Shown here in pieces: positions 26,458-40,265 of a stretch of 64,000 nucleotides of DNA; within the stretch, counting starts at the first letter, position 1; every line of letters starts with the position of its first letter. Position numbers and translations under genes: made by a program. The notes below the pieces were generated by a model. It made no database searches, was not told the origin of the DNA, and worked only from the letters and a program-made list of their open reading frames with translations. Location: positions 434,001-498,000 of the forward strand of contig LSRY02000047.1 of the NCBI GenBank assembly GCA_001643675.2, given 5' to 3'. Source of the stretch: Monocercomonoides exilis PA203 (taxonomy: Eukaryota; Protista; Preaxostyla).

Positions 26458-26728
26458 ATGGGGGAAAATATGGACTTTCAAGCTTTTTTAACAAAAAGCT
26501 TGAAAAGATTGTTTCACTTAAAACATCATTAAACTTTAACAAATTTCAAAAAAATTTGATTCTCATATCCGTAAACAGGCATCGCAGAAATCAAAACATT
26601 AAGTTTACCAACATTTCACAAATGTCAAATAATGGACTCATTTTTATTGTGTTTTTTGATATAAAAAAGTCAATGAGAAGTGCATAATATTTCAATGAAA
26701 ATGCCTGATGCAAAATATTTTTCACCAT
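26458..26728 (+). mobile_element. MITE family A copy, abutting a truncated MITE B
   Basis: ATGGGGGAAAATATGGACTTTCAAGCTTTTTT ... AATATTTTTCACCAT. Confidence 0.75.
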
Positions 26729-26843
26729 TCGAAAAAATAAAAAAAAGTGGAACATTTGAGACTTTTTAAATAAAAAAACATATTTAGGTGAATATTATTG
26801 AAATTTAAACTTTTTTTGGAGCGTTTATTCTTTTAATGATATA

Positions 26844-27296
26844 CAGTCTAAACAGGATATAATCACGTCGAATATAATCACATACGTTTATAGTCACATT
26901 TTTCCATGCATCGACATTTTCTGCTTATTTTTCATTCATTTTCCATCGCATATTATCACAGGGATGAAAACATATAATCACATTTTGTTTCATGATGGGT
27001 GGATTTTTCATAGAAAAATTGACTTTTTGATCAAAAATTTCTATTTTTTAATTTTTCAAAATTATGTTAAAATACGATCAAATAATGTGTTTAAAATGAT
27101 AAAAATTAATTTCGGAAGTGAAAAATGCGTTTAAATGAAGAATTTTCCAAAAATAAAAAAATCGACTCGAAATAAATCTTTTCAAAATTATAACTATTTT
27201 ATTTTTCTGTGTGAAGTATCATCGTATTTTATCACAATCGGTAAAAGTCACAAAAAGTTGTACAAAAACCGATGTGATTATATCCGATTTAGAGTT
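26844..27296. mobile_element. pogo/Tigger-like MITE (family C)
   Basis: TA|CAGTCTAAACAGGATATAATCACGTCG ... CGATGTGATTATATCCGATTTAGAGTT|TA with repeated TATAATCACA motifs; related fragments near 15190-15250 and 17740-17810. Confidence 0.7.
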
Positions 27297-27680
27297 TATA
27301 TCTTTTGAGAGAAAATTTTCATTCAAATATAAAAAAACAAGAAAATAATTTCAAATAACAAAATTTGATATTTTAATTATGTAAAAATTATTTTCAAAGA
27401 AAGTTTATACTTCACAGTGTGAATTTATCGATCTCAAAATTTAGTTCTCAGACTTAAATTATTGAATGAATAAAATTTGGTTCAAAAATAATCGCCTTCA
27501 TATGCGTTTTTTTTATTTTGTATTAACAATTTCAGTTTAAATAAGATATTATTATTCAGATATTTAGAGGAGGAGATATGTTGCATAAATAGTTTTGAAT
27601 TTTGTGCATCTCACTTTCACTTTTGGTCAAAGGATAATTTAATAAATATTCACAAACTGCAAATGATCATTTGCATAATA

Positions 27681-29363
27681 CAGATATTCACTGTTCTTGT
27701 TAATTGTTAATTCTTTTTGTATTATTGAAATTAAGAAAAACAAAGATTTGATGAATATTTTGTTTATTTAATCTTGTTTTTTTTGAAATGCTCCATGAAA
27801 TATGAATGAAAAAAACTCTAAAACATATCTGTTGTTCACCAAGTGTTGTTTATTGCGGAAGTCCAAAATAAACCGGCATTTTGTCAATGTTCATAATTCC
27901 CCACTCTCCTCATTTTGTTTGTCTTGTTTGCCTTGTGCATGAAAGCGGCAATGATTTGTTGTTTAATTGCACAATTTCGATCACTTTTTTGAAGCTTTCT
28001 TCAAAGATCTGGGCCGTTGAAGGAGTTTTATGAAAATCATTCGCAAGCCCACTTTCTTTAAATGCAGAAAAAATGTTAATCGATGAAGAAACTTGCAGAA
28101 TGGCATTCACTGCAACCCACAAAAGTTGTTCCATCCTATCATGCGTTGAACCTGATCTTTCCTGTTGAATTTGAAGCTTCCAGAGAGAGAAAATTGACAA
28201 TTGCAATGACTGCAGCAAATGTGTGGTATTCGGAGGAAAAACCAAAAGCAATATATTTTCGTTAGCAAGTCGAGTCAATACGTTGTCCGACAGGAAAACT
28301 CGACAGTAATCAAGCATCAACATTGTCTGTACATGTATATCTGGAAAAATCATTCTTTCAATGCTGACATGGGGAATGAAAACTTTCTCAATCCAGTTTT
28401 CAAACAACTCCTTTGTGAAATAAGACGAATTTCCGATTTCTTCTTAACCATGAATTCCTATTTGACAGCCTGGAGTCTGAAAGAATCAAATGTTGTAAGG
28501 TTTTTGCACCAGAAAACAAGGAGAAACAAAAGTTCCATCAAGAGAAATGCAGTGGAGCAATGAAATCCTTTTTTCTCCTCTGTCCACAGGTGTGTGATCA
28601 ATTTTACGATTTTCATTTGTTCCCACAATTAGATTCATCTTTTTTGCATCTTCATGGGCTTGATAACCAGATTCATCAGCACAAAATATCATGGTTGAAT
28701 ATTTTCCACACACATATTGATCAAAATGTTTTTTCCAGGTGAAAATGCTTTGTTCCAATATATTCAATCTTTTTTCGTCTCTCACGCTTGAAGATACGAC
28801 CATCAATTCCTCGCAATGCCTTGTTATGAATGAAGAATGAAAATTGTGAGAAGGCGTTTTATGACAAACTTTCGCAACAACGGCTCTCAGCGTTTTCGGT
28901 GTGAATTGTTTTTTTTTTTTATCTCTCTAATTTTTCAGTATTTCCATCACTCTTTTTTCTTGTTTCCTGGTCATCCACATGTTCTTTTTCTCAGCAACAT
29001 TTTTTCTTTTATATCCGGTTTGAATCTGGTAGACAAGACTCGGTGTGCAGTTGAAGGCCTTTGCAATTCGTTCGTCTGAAGGAATTTTGACTTTTCTCTT
29101 TTTGCATTCGTCGAAGAAGGAACGGATTAATGAAACTTTCGTTTTTGAAGTGTTTCGAGACAAGAAGGATGAAATGAAGCACAGGTCCAATTTTGGAATT
29201 AATCCTGTTAAAACTGTTTCAAATGAAGGAATTCTTGAAGTTGATAATACTGAAGGTATTACCAGTTTTAAAAATAAACAAATTTGTTTCACTTGAACAA
29301 CCATTATAAATAAAGAATTATTTTTGGCAACATTTAACAATTAGCATGGACGGTGAGTAACTG
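27681..29363 (-). mobile_element. Full-length but decayed pogo/DDE-1 transposon with ~30 bp TIRs and TA duplication
   Basis: Left TA|CAGATATTCACTGTTCTTGTTAATTGTTAA versus reverse complement of right TA|CAGTTACTCACCGTCCATGCTAATTGTTAA (26/32). ORF pieces: HTH-like ERIAKAFNCTPSLVYQI, IFCADESG, ISLLHCISLDG, FENWIEKVFIP, LMLDYC, FPPNTTHLLQSLQL. Confidence 0.88.
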
Positions 29364-30181
29364 TACATATTGATATATACGGTCAAACTTCGAAATAGAG
29401 CATAATCAAAATCACAAATATGCCTGCCAGAAATATTTTCTTATTAATGAACATGAAAGCAATAAAAGGAAGGAAGGTTTTCTTTTAAGAAAAAAATCGA
29501 TATTTCACAGTTTAATCGCCCATTTCATCATATCAATTCGTCAGAAAAAAGCGAAAGTTTGGAAACAAAATAATGTGAACATTTCAATTATCTGTGAAAA
29601 AGTGCCATGAAATCCTTCAGAATTTTGAAAATGATATCTTAGAAAAAAACAACTGTATTCCAAAACTTGTTTTGAAAAATCAAAATTAATTTCCAAAAAA
29701 GAACTGTTCATAAGTTTGATTTTTAAATAATAACTACGTACACACAAGAGAATGTCATGAAGATTTGCCTTGAAAAACTTCATGTGAATGCATTAAATTT
29801 ATACTACATAAAAAATATTTGGCTAACTGAGTTATTGCAAAATAATTTTTAATTTCTAAATATATTCTATGAAAATTTCAAATAATTTTTGGAAACTCCA
29901 AAACAATCAATTTATTTTTTTAAATTATTTTTTATTTCACAATTCATCGAAAAAATAAAATAACATTTTTGAAACGCCAACAATAATTTTTCTTGTATGA
30001 AATAAATAGAACACTAATTTTACTAATTGAGAATAAATATGAACACAAAAAATTAAGTGAAAAAAAACAGGGAAAAAAAATGTTATAAATGTGACAAAAT
30101 TCTTGCTTTTATGAAAAAAACAACGATTTGCTTCAAACTTTTTCTCCAACTTTATCATTATAACTCTTTCATTTCCATATA

Positions 30182-30660
30182 CCTCTGTGACATGACAAAT
30201 AACTTGAGGCCTCGTCTGTTACAAAAAAAAAAAAATAAAATAAAAAAATAAAAAATAAAAATAAAAATTTAATTTAGTATTAATAAAAAATAAACTATTG
30301 CTAAAACTTCTTAAGACTTTTCATAGCACATTGCAAATGATTTGTTGATAGCATCTACAATATCTTGTCGTTTTTTCTCTTTTGTCAGTGACAGTCAGTG
30401 ACTGTCAATGACAAATTGTGACAAAAATATTCCTCAACTGACATTTCGTTTAAAAAAAAATAAATATTGGGAACCTGATCATTTTATTTTTATTTTATTT
30501 TATTCAAAATAATAAGAATTGTTATTTATCCATTTTCTTATAAATTTTTATTGTTATTAAGAATTGTGAAATCGTTATAAATAACCCTTTTTGACAAGCC
30601 CTAAATATCTTGTCAGTCATTTTGTCATTTTTTCAATTTTCGCTTGTCATGTCACAGAGG
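30182..30660. mobile_element. MITE family D with perfect 17 bp TIRs
   Basis: TA|CCTCTGTGACATGACAA ... TTGTCATGTCACAGAGG|TA; interior has many TGACA/TGTCA motifs. Confidence 0.85.
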
Positions 30661-31240
30661 TATAAATTTCCATTTCAAAAAAATACAGAAAATTTAGAAA
30701 AATGAGAAATAGGTTCGAATATTCAGAGTGGAACTAAATTCATAAAGCAAAAAATATCATTTCAAACAAGAAAAAAAAAATAGTTAAATGTAAGAGTTGA
30801 ACTTATCTTATCAAAAAAACTAATTATGTATGTGATCCTTTATGGATTATCGTTTTCAACACCACTTTTAACACATACATATTGGATAAAAAAAAACCAT
30901 ATGAAAATTTGTCCCTTAATAAAATGTAATTTTCAAAAAGGCTTTCTATTTTTTTGCTATACATGCAGAGGCAACACACTTACTTTACGGATAGCGATGA
31001 CATTGAATTTGATCTTCAAACTCTTGAGAAAAACTTCCAAGCAACTCAAAATCAAATTCATAAGGTTTTTTTTTGCTTTTTTGATATATTATTAAGCAAT
31101 GAAGCTTTGATTCAAACTCGTAAAAGACCTTAGCTGGCATTAGGGAGTCGCATGTAAAAAAAGTTGGAGAAATTATCGCTGAAAAAGGTTAATAAACAGA
31201 TTATTCTTTTTTTTATAAATTTACTACAATTCTTTATCAG

Positions 31241-32275
31241 GAAACCAAGAGAAATTTCTGGCTCGCGATAGATACATTGCCGAAGCAACTTTATACCACG
31301 TTTCTTACCTTTTTATTTCTAAAAATATGAAATATCTGTTGTTCTTGCTTTAGACTATTGCACAGACAGATGCTCGCCATTCTAGAATGAGAGCCTCAAT
31401 CGAGCGAAAGGCAAATATCAGAGGGAGAAAGCCATCTACAGATGCTTCGTCGTTCCTTGGAAAACGAATGACAAGAGGAGAAGCCACTTCCGAAAAGCAA
31501 AAAAAGAAGGATGCAACTTCAAGCGGAGGATGGCTGATATATGATGAAGAAGACGAGAAAAAATTGAAAGAAATCAATGAGCTCAGAAAAAAAAAGAGAG
31601 AGCTATATGCGCAAAAGGATCATACTCTTCGAGGTCTTCCAACAAATGATCTTGATTGTATGAATAACAAAACTCAGAAAATTAAAAAAAGAAATAAAAT
31701 AAAATAAAAATATCCATTTTTAGAAAAATTGAATTATTCATTTTTCACTTTTAATTGAAAAATTATTTTTTATTTTGCATCAACATTTTAAACGAAAATT
31801 TTGAAAAATGTTCATTTATTTAATTTATTTTATATTTATTTGTTTTTTCTCGTTCAGCTGAACTTCGTGTGCAGCAAAATACGATTGTCCGCTTTCTCCA
31901 CAAGACGATGAAGACGCTGGACGAGCGGCGGGCGTTCCACAAAGAGCAGCAGGAAAAAGTCGACCGGATGCTCTTTGTGAAAAACGCAAAGCTAACAGAC
32001 CCTTCATTCACCCTCTTTTCCCCAGCCCCTGTCAAATTTCCTCCTCCTTCCCACTCCTTTCCACACAGCAGCTCATTCGAAAATAGCTCCTCTGCTTTTT
32101 CTTCTTTCTCTGCCTGCCCTACCCGCACTTCGCTTTCCATCCCTTCTTCTCCGCTTTCAGGACGCACTCCTTTTGCCCCTTCTCCTCGTTCTCTTTCTCC
32201 ACATCCGCAAGCTGGTTCTGATGGTTGTTCTTCTCCAACTGGAAAAGTTTCTTCTCCTTCACCTTCATCTTCGTC

Positions 32276-32313
<38 letters not shown>

Positions 32314-32615
32314 TTTCTTCTTCTTCTTCTTCTTCTGTCTCATTCTCAAACCTCCAACCAAAACAATCTTCTGCTCGTTCGTCTTATTCATTTCCTCATC
32401 GCTCCCCTTTTGCTCCTTCAATCACGCCCCGTTCACTTCATCTTTCGTATTCAGCTGAAACTGATCCAAATGACAAAATGGGAAATCCATTTGTTTCTTC
32501 TCCTTCTTCTGCTTCTCTTTCTCTCTCTCTTTCTCCTTCTCCTTCCTCTCCTTCCCTTTTTACTCTTTCCCCTTCTTCTTCCTCTTCTTCTTCTTCTTCC
32601 TTTTCCTCAACTTCC

Positions 32616-32647
<32 letters not shown>

Positions 32648-35600
32648 TCAAACTGACTTGTTTTTGAAGAGTCTTCCACATCAGCCACTGACTTCATTAG
32701 AAGGCCCAGCCTCTTTCATTTCTTCAGCTGCAGCTTCGTTTGTATCACCCACAAAGCTGATTGATCCAATGCTTATTGAAAAACTGTATATGGAGAGAGA
32801 AAAGGAGAAGGAGAAGGAGAAGGAGAGAGAAGAAAGTGGGAAAGGAGAGAAAAACAGTGGAAATTTGAAAGAAACAAAAGAACAACAACAACAACCAAAT
32901 CACCAAGAATCTTCTTCTCTTTTGTCCTCTTTTTATTCTTCTTCTTCTCTTCATAACCGTTCAAAAATTCCTCAACTTAGCGAAAATGAGGTGATTGTTT
33001 CGCCTGTTTATTGCGAATTTGACGAAGAAGACGATGATGATGATGCAATTTGGCTGAGAAAAAGGAGGTTGGAAGAGGAAAAACAGAAGGAAGAAGAAGA
33101 AGAGGAGAGGAGGGAGTGGGAAAGAGAAAGAGAAAGAGAAAGAGAAAGAGCAGAGAAGGAGAGGAAACAGAGGAAGATGAATGAGATTGCGAGAAAAGAA
33201 CAAGAAGAAAGAGAAAGGGAAAGGGAAAGATATGCAAAGATGAATGAAGAAGAGGAAGAGGAAAGAGAAGGAGAAGAAAAAAAAAATGAAGAAGCGAAAA
33301 GAAAAATGGAAACTTTATCTTCTAATGAAAGAAGTTTAAATCAGAACGAAATGGAAAACACTTCAAAAACAAGAGAATTTGACATGTCTGTGAATTCTTC
33401 TTCTTCTTCTTCCTCTTCCACCTCTTCTTCTTCTTCTCCTTATCCTTCTTCTTCTTCTTCTTCATTTTCCTCTGCTTTTTCTGAATGGGCAACAGAAAAA
33501 CCGCAGATTAATTCACAATCTTTCGATGAAGCACCACATTTATCTCCATCTGAAGATTTATTTGATATTCATTCAACTTTTCCTTCTTTTGAAGAAGAAG
33601 AGGAAGAGGAAGAGGAAGAGGAAGAATATAATGAAGAAGAAGAAGAAGAAGAAGATACTGAAGGTTTTAAACACAAAGAAGCAAATGAAATGACAGAAGC
33701 AAGACAACAAACAGGAAATAACAGTTCACCCCCTGCTTCTTCTTCTTCTTCTCATTCTCCTTCATCTTCTCCTCTTGGCTTTCTTCCATTCCAGCAACAA
33801 CAACCACTTCGTTCTGATTCTGTGAATGGAAGTCACATTTCATCAGACACGTCATCACAACATTTACAAGACAATTCACAAAACATTTCATCATCATCAT
33901 CTTCTTCTTCTTCTTCTTCCTCTTCCTCTTCCTCTTCTTCTTCTTCTTCATTATCACCTTCTTCTCCTCCTTCTTCTTCTCTTTCTCCTTCTTCTCTTCT
34001 CCTTCTTCCTCAAACGTCCTCAAACCAAAAGCAACCTTCTTTCATTTCACCTCCTATTACACAAAGAAGATCAATTTCTTCTTCTTCCTCTTCTTCAATG
34101 CCAACTGCTTCTGATATATTGAATCAAGATGCAAATGACATAAGCAAAATGAAAAAGAAGAAGAAGAAAAAGAAGAAAAACTCCAAACTTTCACAACAAC
34201 AACAAAAATCAAATATTCATTCTTCTTCTTCCTCCTCCTCTTCCTCTTCTTCTTCTTCTTCTTCCTCTTCTCTCCCTCTCTCTGCCTCAGACTCCCCTCA
34301 AACCATCTCCCCCTGGGGAACCAGCCCCGAATGCGCCTCTGACCGCTCCTCTTTCTCCCATCAGTCACCTTTTCTTGTTTCTCCGGTTGTTTCGAATGCT
34401 TTTAACGCTTCTTCTTCTCCTCATCCTCCTTCATCATCATCATCTTCTTCTTCTTCTTCTTCTTCTATTTCTTCTGATGCTTTTGATGCTTCTTCTCCAT
34501 CATCAACAACATTGTCACCTTTACAACAACCACTACCTTTATCATCATCATCATCATCTTCTTCTTCTTCTTCCAATTATCAAACGCATCCAGTTGTCCT
34601 CTCTCCAACATCTGCTGACAACTCAGCTCTTGTTCTCCCGAATTCTCCTTCGGCCATTTCACATCCTTCTTCTTCTTCTTCTTCTTCTTCTCAAAAAGAC
34701 AATAATAACAACAATAACTCATCATCATCATCTTCTTCCTCTTCCTCTTCCTCTTCCTCCTCCTCCTCCTCTTCCTCTTCATTTCCCCAGTCTGAATCGA
34801 GTTCTGAATGGGCCCAGCGTCTTGTGGATTCGATTGACACGCATTTTCTTCAGTCACAATTGCAAACAGATGAGAAAGTGAACAAGCAATTGAAGAAGAT
34901 GCTGAGGGAAATGAATGAAGAAAAAGAGAGAAAGAGAAAAGAAATGATGAAGGAGAAGGAGAAGGAGAAGATGAGGAAGAGGAGGATGAGAAGAAGAAGA
35001 AGGATGATGATGAAGATGAAGAAAGGGGGGAAGGGGAGAAAGGGGGGAGTTAATGTTGGAAATGAAGATGATGATGAGGAGGAGGAAGAGGAAGAGGAAG
35101 AGGAAAATGATGATGATGGAGAAGAAGATGTTGGCTTTGAAGGCATCGAAGATGAAGAAGTGGAAGAAGAAGGAGAAGAAGAAGAAAACGATCAATACGA
35201 AGAAAGAGAATTCGATGAAGGCATAATCGAAACAGAAGAAAGAAGAAAGAAGAAAATGGAAGATAAAATGAAAGAAAAGGAGAAAGAGAAAGACGAAGAT
35301 GATTTGAGCAGTAAATTGAAGAGGGTTACCTCATTTTCTGCACCCGACATCGCATTTGCAGCGAATTTGGATGGAAAAAACAGAACGGATGAAGAATTTG
35401 CAAGACTTTTAGCAGATTCATTGGCAAATGGAAGAGAAGGAAGGGAAAGTTATAATGAAACAAATAAAACACAAAAATCAAAATCAAAAACGAAATCGAA
35501 GTCAAAAAATCAAAAAGGCAAAGCAAAAAAGGGGAAAAAAGGAAGAAGTTTGAATTTTGAGGAAGAAGAACCAGATTTGTCGTTTAAATCGATCATTGGC

Positions 35601-38600
35601 TCGGCAAAGGCAAGTTCCCGATACGATTTTCTGAACGAGGCAAAGAAGGAGAAGATGATGAAGATGAAAAATGATTCAATAAAGTCTTCTGTTTCTCCTT
35701 CTCATTCTCCCTCTCATTCACCTTCTCCTTCTCTTTCTTCTTCTTCTCCTATCCCTTCTCTTTCTCATCTTTCCCCTTCTTTCAACTCCACAATTCATCC
35801 AACCACTTCTTCTTCTTCTTCTTCTTTTCGTCCTTCTCCTCCTCTTCCTCTCATCCCGAAGCCAACTGTCTATTCCAATGCCTCCTTAACCGCCCTCTTC
35901 GGCTGGATTCCTTCAGACATTTCGCTTCTTCCTTATGTCAAACCAGAACTTCGCATGCAGTTTGAAGAAGAAGAGCGGAAAAAACAAAAAGCGGAAGAAG
36001 AAGTGCGAACACAAAGAGAACAAGAGAAGAAGAAAAAAGAAATTAGAAGGCAAAAACAGCAGGCAACAACGTTTTATGTGAATGGGCAAGCGATCACCCG
36101 CCCCTTTGGCAGGAGAAACACCGAATGGGAAGTGAAATATTGGCATTCGTTTCTGTTTGGCACACAACCTCCGCCTTCTTCTGGAGCTTCTTCTTCGACA
36201 GAAATGTCACCTGCTTCGTCTGCTGCTTCTTCACCCGTGAATTCGAGGCCACAGAGCAGAGATTTTAGAAAGGGGGTGGGGAATGGGAAAGGGGCGGGGA
36301 ATGGATTGTCTTCTCTTTCTTCTTCTTCTCCTTCTTCTCCTTTTGCTTCTCCGTTTTTATCATCTTCCTCTTCTTCTTCTTCAATTGACACAGAAGATTT
36401 GAATGTGAATGAATGCAATGGACTTTCTGCAGAAACAAAGAAGCTGTTATCATTTCTTGTAGCTGGATTTTTCCACAAAAGAGAAGAAGAAGAGGAGGAA
36501 GAAGAAGAATTCAACAGAAATGGAGCAGAAATGCAAAGAAGTGATAGAAACAAGCAAGACAATGAAGTTATTGTGTTTGTGGATGGAGGAAGCGATGTAG
36601 ATGGAAGAGGAGGAAGAGGAGGAAGAGAAGGAAGAGATGGACTTACTCAAAGAAGCATGCCATTTCCTTCTGTTTTATCGCTAACAACCCCTTCTGCTTC
36701 AGTTTCATCTTCTTCCTCTTCCAATTCTTCTTCTTCCACCACATCCTCTTCTTCTTCTTCTCTTCCCATTCAATCCCCCACTCTCCAAACTCCCATCCCT
36801 CCTCCTCCTCCTCCTCCTCCTTTCCTCTCTGCCACCAACAGACAGCCCAGCTTATCCTCCCTCCGCTCTGGCCAAACCATCTCTTCCTCTCTCTCTGCCG
36901 GCACTTTCGCCTCTTCGCAGTCGCAATCATTGGGAGCTCATCGCCTTCTTTTCCCTGTCAAACGCATCCGCTTTACACCTGCTGCTTCAAAACCAATGAA
37001 AAAACTGCCAAATTATACTGCTTCACTCAACATTTCACCAGTTGCTTCTCGTTCTCCGTCACCTAATTCTCCGGTTTCTCCTATTTCTCCGATTTCTCCC
37101 GTTTCTCCGTGCTCTCCGATTGCTGCTGGACAAGGGCAGTCTTCGTTTCATTCATTTCCTTCTTCATCTTCGTTGCCTGTAAGTTCTTCTTCTCCTTCAT
37201 CTTCTTCTCCATCTTCATCTTCTTCATCTTCCTCTTTCTCCTCCTCCTCCTCAACCTCTTCTTCTTCTTCCATGTCCCGCTCCATCTCCGAGTTCATATC
37301 TCAGCTTCAATATGTGTTCACCCCATCGATCGTCGAGATGGTTCGTGTTCTGCTCACAAGAACATCGCAATCAACACCAAAAATGCTGAGTGAAGCAGCA
37401 ATGGAAGCAAGCAAGCTGAAGAAAAGCATGGAAGAAAGCTATAAGAAAAGTGGTAATTATAATGATGATGGAATGGAAAGGGGGAAGGAGAAGGAGAAAG
37501 AGAAAGAGAAAGAAAAGGAGAAAGAAAATGGAAAAATGAAAGATGATGAAGAAGACAATGAAAATGATGCGAAGAAATTTAAGCCTCCAACTTTGTTTTT
37601 CACTCCATACAATCTTCAAAGAAATATCGATAAAAAAGGCAAAGATCTATCATTTTCATCAAAGCCCTCATCATCTTCTTCCCCTCTTCGTTTGTCTCCC
37701 ATATCATCCAGTTCTTTATCAACATCTTCTTCCTCCTCCTCTTCCTCCTCCTCCTCTTCTTCTTCTTCTTCTTCCTCTGTTTCATTCGACCACTCCAACA
37801 TGCCCCTCATCTTCGACCGGAAGCTCAACTACATCGACGACTTTGCCACAGAAGCCGAGAAAAAAGCGCGCGAAGCCAGAGAAAGAGAGGAGCAAGAGGA
37901 GAAAGAGAGAGAAAGAGCTATGCAAAGAGCAAGCGTGCAGCTGTTGCCCACACGAAGCCTGGTTCATTCGAGGCAATCTTCGTTTTCTGACCTGAGGCAG
38001 TTGCATCAGATGGAAAGGGGGAGCAATGGAAAAGCTGTGGCTTTGCCGGGAGGTTTGCCATTGCAAAGAGTAAGTTCATCTTTTTTGTCGTTGGTTTCTT
38101 CAAAACTTGCTTCTTCGACTTCTTCTTCTTCTGTGAATTCTTTATCACCATCTTCTTCCTCTTCTCACGCTTCTCATTCTTCTCATTCTTTATATCGCTC
38201 GCCACGTGGAGATCGCGATTTCTGCATTTCTTTGGCAGGACAGAGCAAAATAGAGAAGAAAAACGGGGCTGAAGCCAAAATGCGCAAAAAGCAGGAAGAA
38301 CTGGACATTTTAGAAGCAGAAAGAGAATTTGAAGAGAAAGAGAGAGAGAAAATGAGGGAAAGAGAAGGAGAAAGGAGGAGAGGAGCCGGAAAGGGGAGAG
38401 GGAGAGAAAACGAGAGAGACAGGGAGAGGGAAGCAGAAGCAGAGCTGTGGAAGATGAAGAAGAAGCAGAAGCAGATGGAGCTTCAGCTTCTTCTGCATCC
38501 GATGCCCAATTCGTCGCAATCTCTTGCCACTGCCACAGGAATAGCTGTCAGCTCGCTCCATTTTAGCACCCCCACATCGTCTTCTCCTTCGACTCCTTAT

Positions 38601-40265
38601 TCTTCCTCTTCTCCTTCCTCTCCTTATGCTTCTGCTTCCTCTTTGTCTCCTTTAACGTCCTCTTCGGTTTTTTCTCCTCCTCAAACTCCTTCTCATCTTA
38701 CTTCTTCTTCCTCTTCCTCTTCCTCTTCTTCTATTTCGACTATTGCTTCTTCTTCTTCTTCTTCTTCTTCTTCTTCTTCTTCTTCTTCTTCTTCTTCTTC
38801 TTCTTCTTCTTCGCTTTCCACTCCAACTTCAACTTTTCGTTCGTCTTCCAAGCAAACTCCATCAAAACTCAGAAATCCGTCTCCTCTTCGGCAGTCCAGC
38901 AGTAATTTATTATGCAAAGATCCTTCTCCTTCTTCCTCTTCCTCCTCCTCCTCCTCTTCTTCTTCTTCTTCTTCTTCTTCTCTTTCGTCTCTTTCGTCTC
39001 ATTCACCGTCTTCCACATCCCAACCACATTTATCATCTTTGACTCCACTTTCATCTGCTCCTTCTCAAATCACTCCTTTCACTCTTCATTCCCTAAACAC
39101 AAAAACAACTTTTTCTTCTTCTGCTTCTTCTTCTGCTTCTTCTTCTTCTTCCTCTTCACAAACTCAAATTCCACAAATGTCTGAAATGCAAAAAGCCCCT
39201 CCAACTCCAATTTATCAGCACCAGACGCCGTTCCTCTTCTCTTCAGTCGCAACACCTGCAAAGACATCTTCTTCTGAAGAAAACAACACCACAAAAATTG
39301 AGTTATCTTTTGATGCAACTTCAGAAAATACACAGCATCAAACAAAAACACGTTCTTCTTCTGTTTCTGCTTCATCCTCTTCTTCTTTTTCTTTCTCTTC
39401 TACTCCTCCTCCTCCTCCTCAATCTCTTCCATTCCATTTGACACTACCAACTTTCGAGTCTTCGCAGCTTCCTCGCACTTTGCTAGGAGCAGGCAGAAAC
39501 CGATCCATCATCGACAAAAGAAGAAAGCACGACGAAGAGAAAATGAATGAGAAGAAGATGAAGTCGATTGTTGTTGAAGATAGGCTGAAGGAGAGAAGAA
39601 AAGCAAACGGTGGTTTGCAAATCAAACAGCTAAAGCAACAACAGCAGCAGCAACTACAGTCATCTTATTCTTCAACAGGAAAGATGTTAAATCGCTCTTT
39701 TTCAGCGAAAAACAAGCCATTGCGAAGTCTGTCAACTGCAAGTGGAGTTCGATTGGACGAAGAGAACAAGCCATTTTCTGTCGTCGAAAGATTTTTGTCG
39801 GTCGACGAAGAAGCAGCAAACAGCGAAAAAAGCAGCGGGACTATAACAGCCAGAAAGAGCGGACTGAAAGAAATGAGAATTTCTTCATATTCATCATCAT
39901 CTTCTTCTGCTACTACTGCTTCTGCAAAATCTGCGACCTCTCTTTTGGTTGAAGCAGCGAATGCAGCTGCAACACAGGCACAGGATGCAAGTTCTGATAC
40001 ACTTGCAGCTACATCATCATCGTCATCATCATCTTCTTCTTCTTCTTCTTCCTCATCCTCATCTTCTTCCTCTCGCAGTTCGCAATTGGCGTTTGCTCAT
40101 CAACAATTGCGAGCAACTGTTAATGCTATTAACCAAAAGAAGAAATCAGCACCAACAAACGAGGAAGAAAAGAAAGATCACAAACTTAGGAAGAGAAGAA
40201 GGTTGGAAGCAGCATTGTATGATGAACTGAAAAAGGAAGTTATGTGGGGAATTGGAAAGAAGTGA
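31241..40265 (+). CDS. Spliced gene for a giant Ser/Glu/Lys-rich low-complexity protein of unknown function (>2,900 aa; 5' end uncertain, further exons likely back to ~30.83 kb)
   Basis: 8.4 kb open final exon (31858-40265). GT-AG introns 31188-31240, 31300-31353 and 31658-31857 join exons in frame: ..IIAEK-G-NQEKFLARDRYIAEATLYH-TIAQTDARHSRMRAS..NDLD-S-ELRVQQN. No globular domain recognised. Confidence 0.8.

Noticed and set aside
29378-29410. TA-CGGTCAAACTTCG, like a pogo-type TIR start
   Set aside because: No partner TIR found.
1-30000. Stop-codon reassignment (TAA/TAG = Gln, as in some metamonads) to rescue broken ORFs
   Set aside because: Multi-kb ORFs contain no in-frame TAR, the receptor gene ends in TAA, and remnants also carry TGA stops and frameshifts.
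32119-40230. Many overlapping ORFs with poly-Leu/His/Lys/Met
   Set aside because: Shadow frames of triplet repeats in the main ORF.
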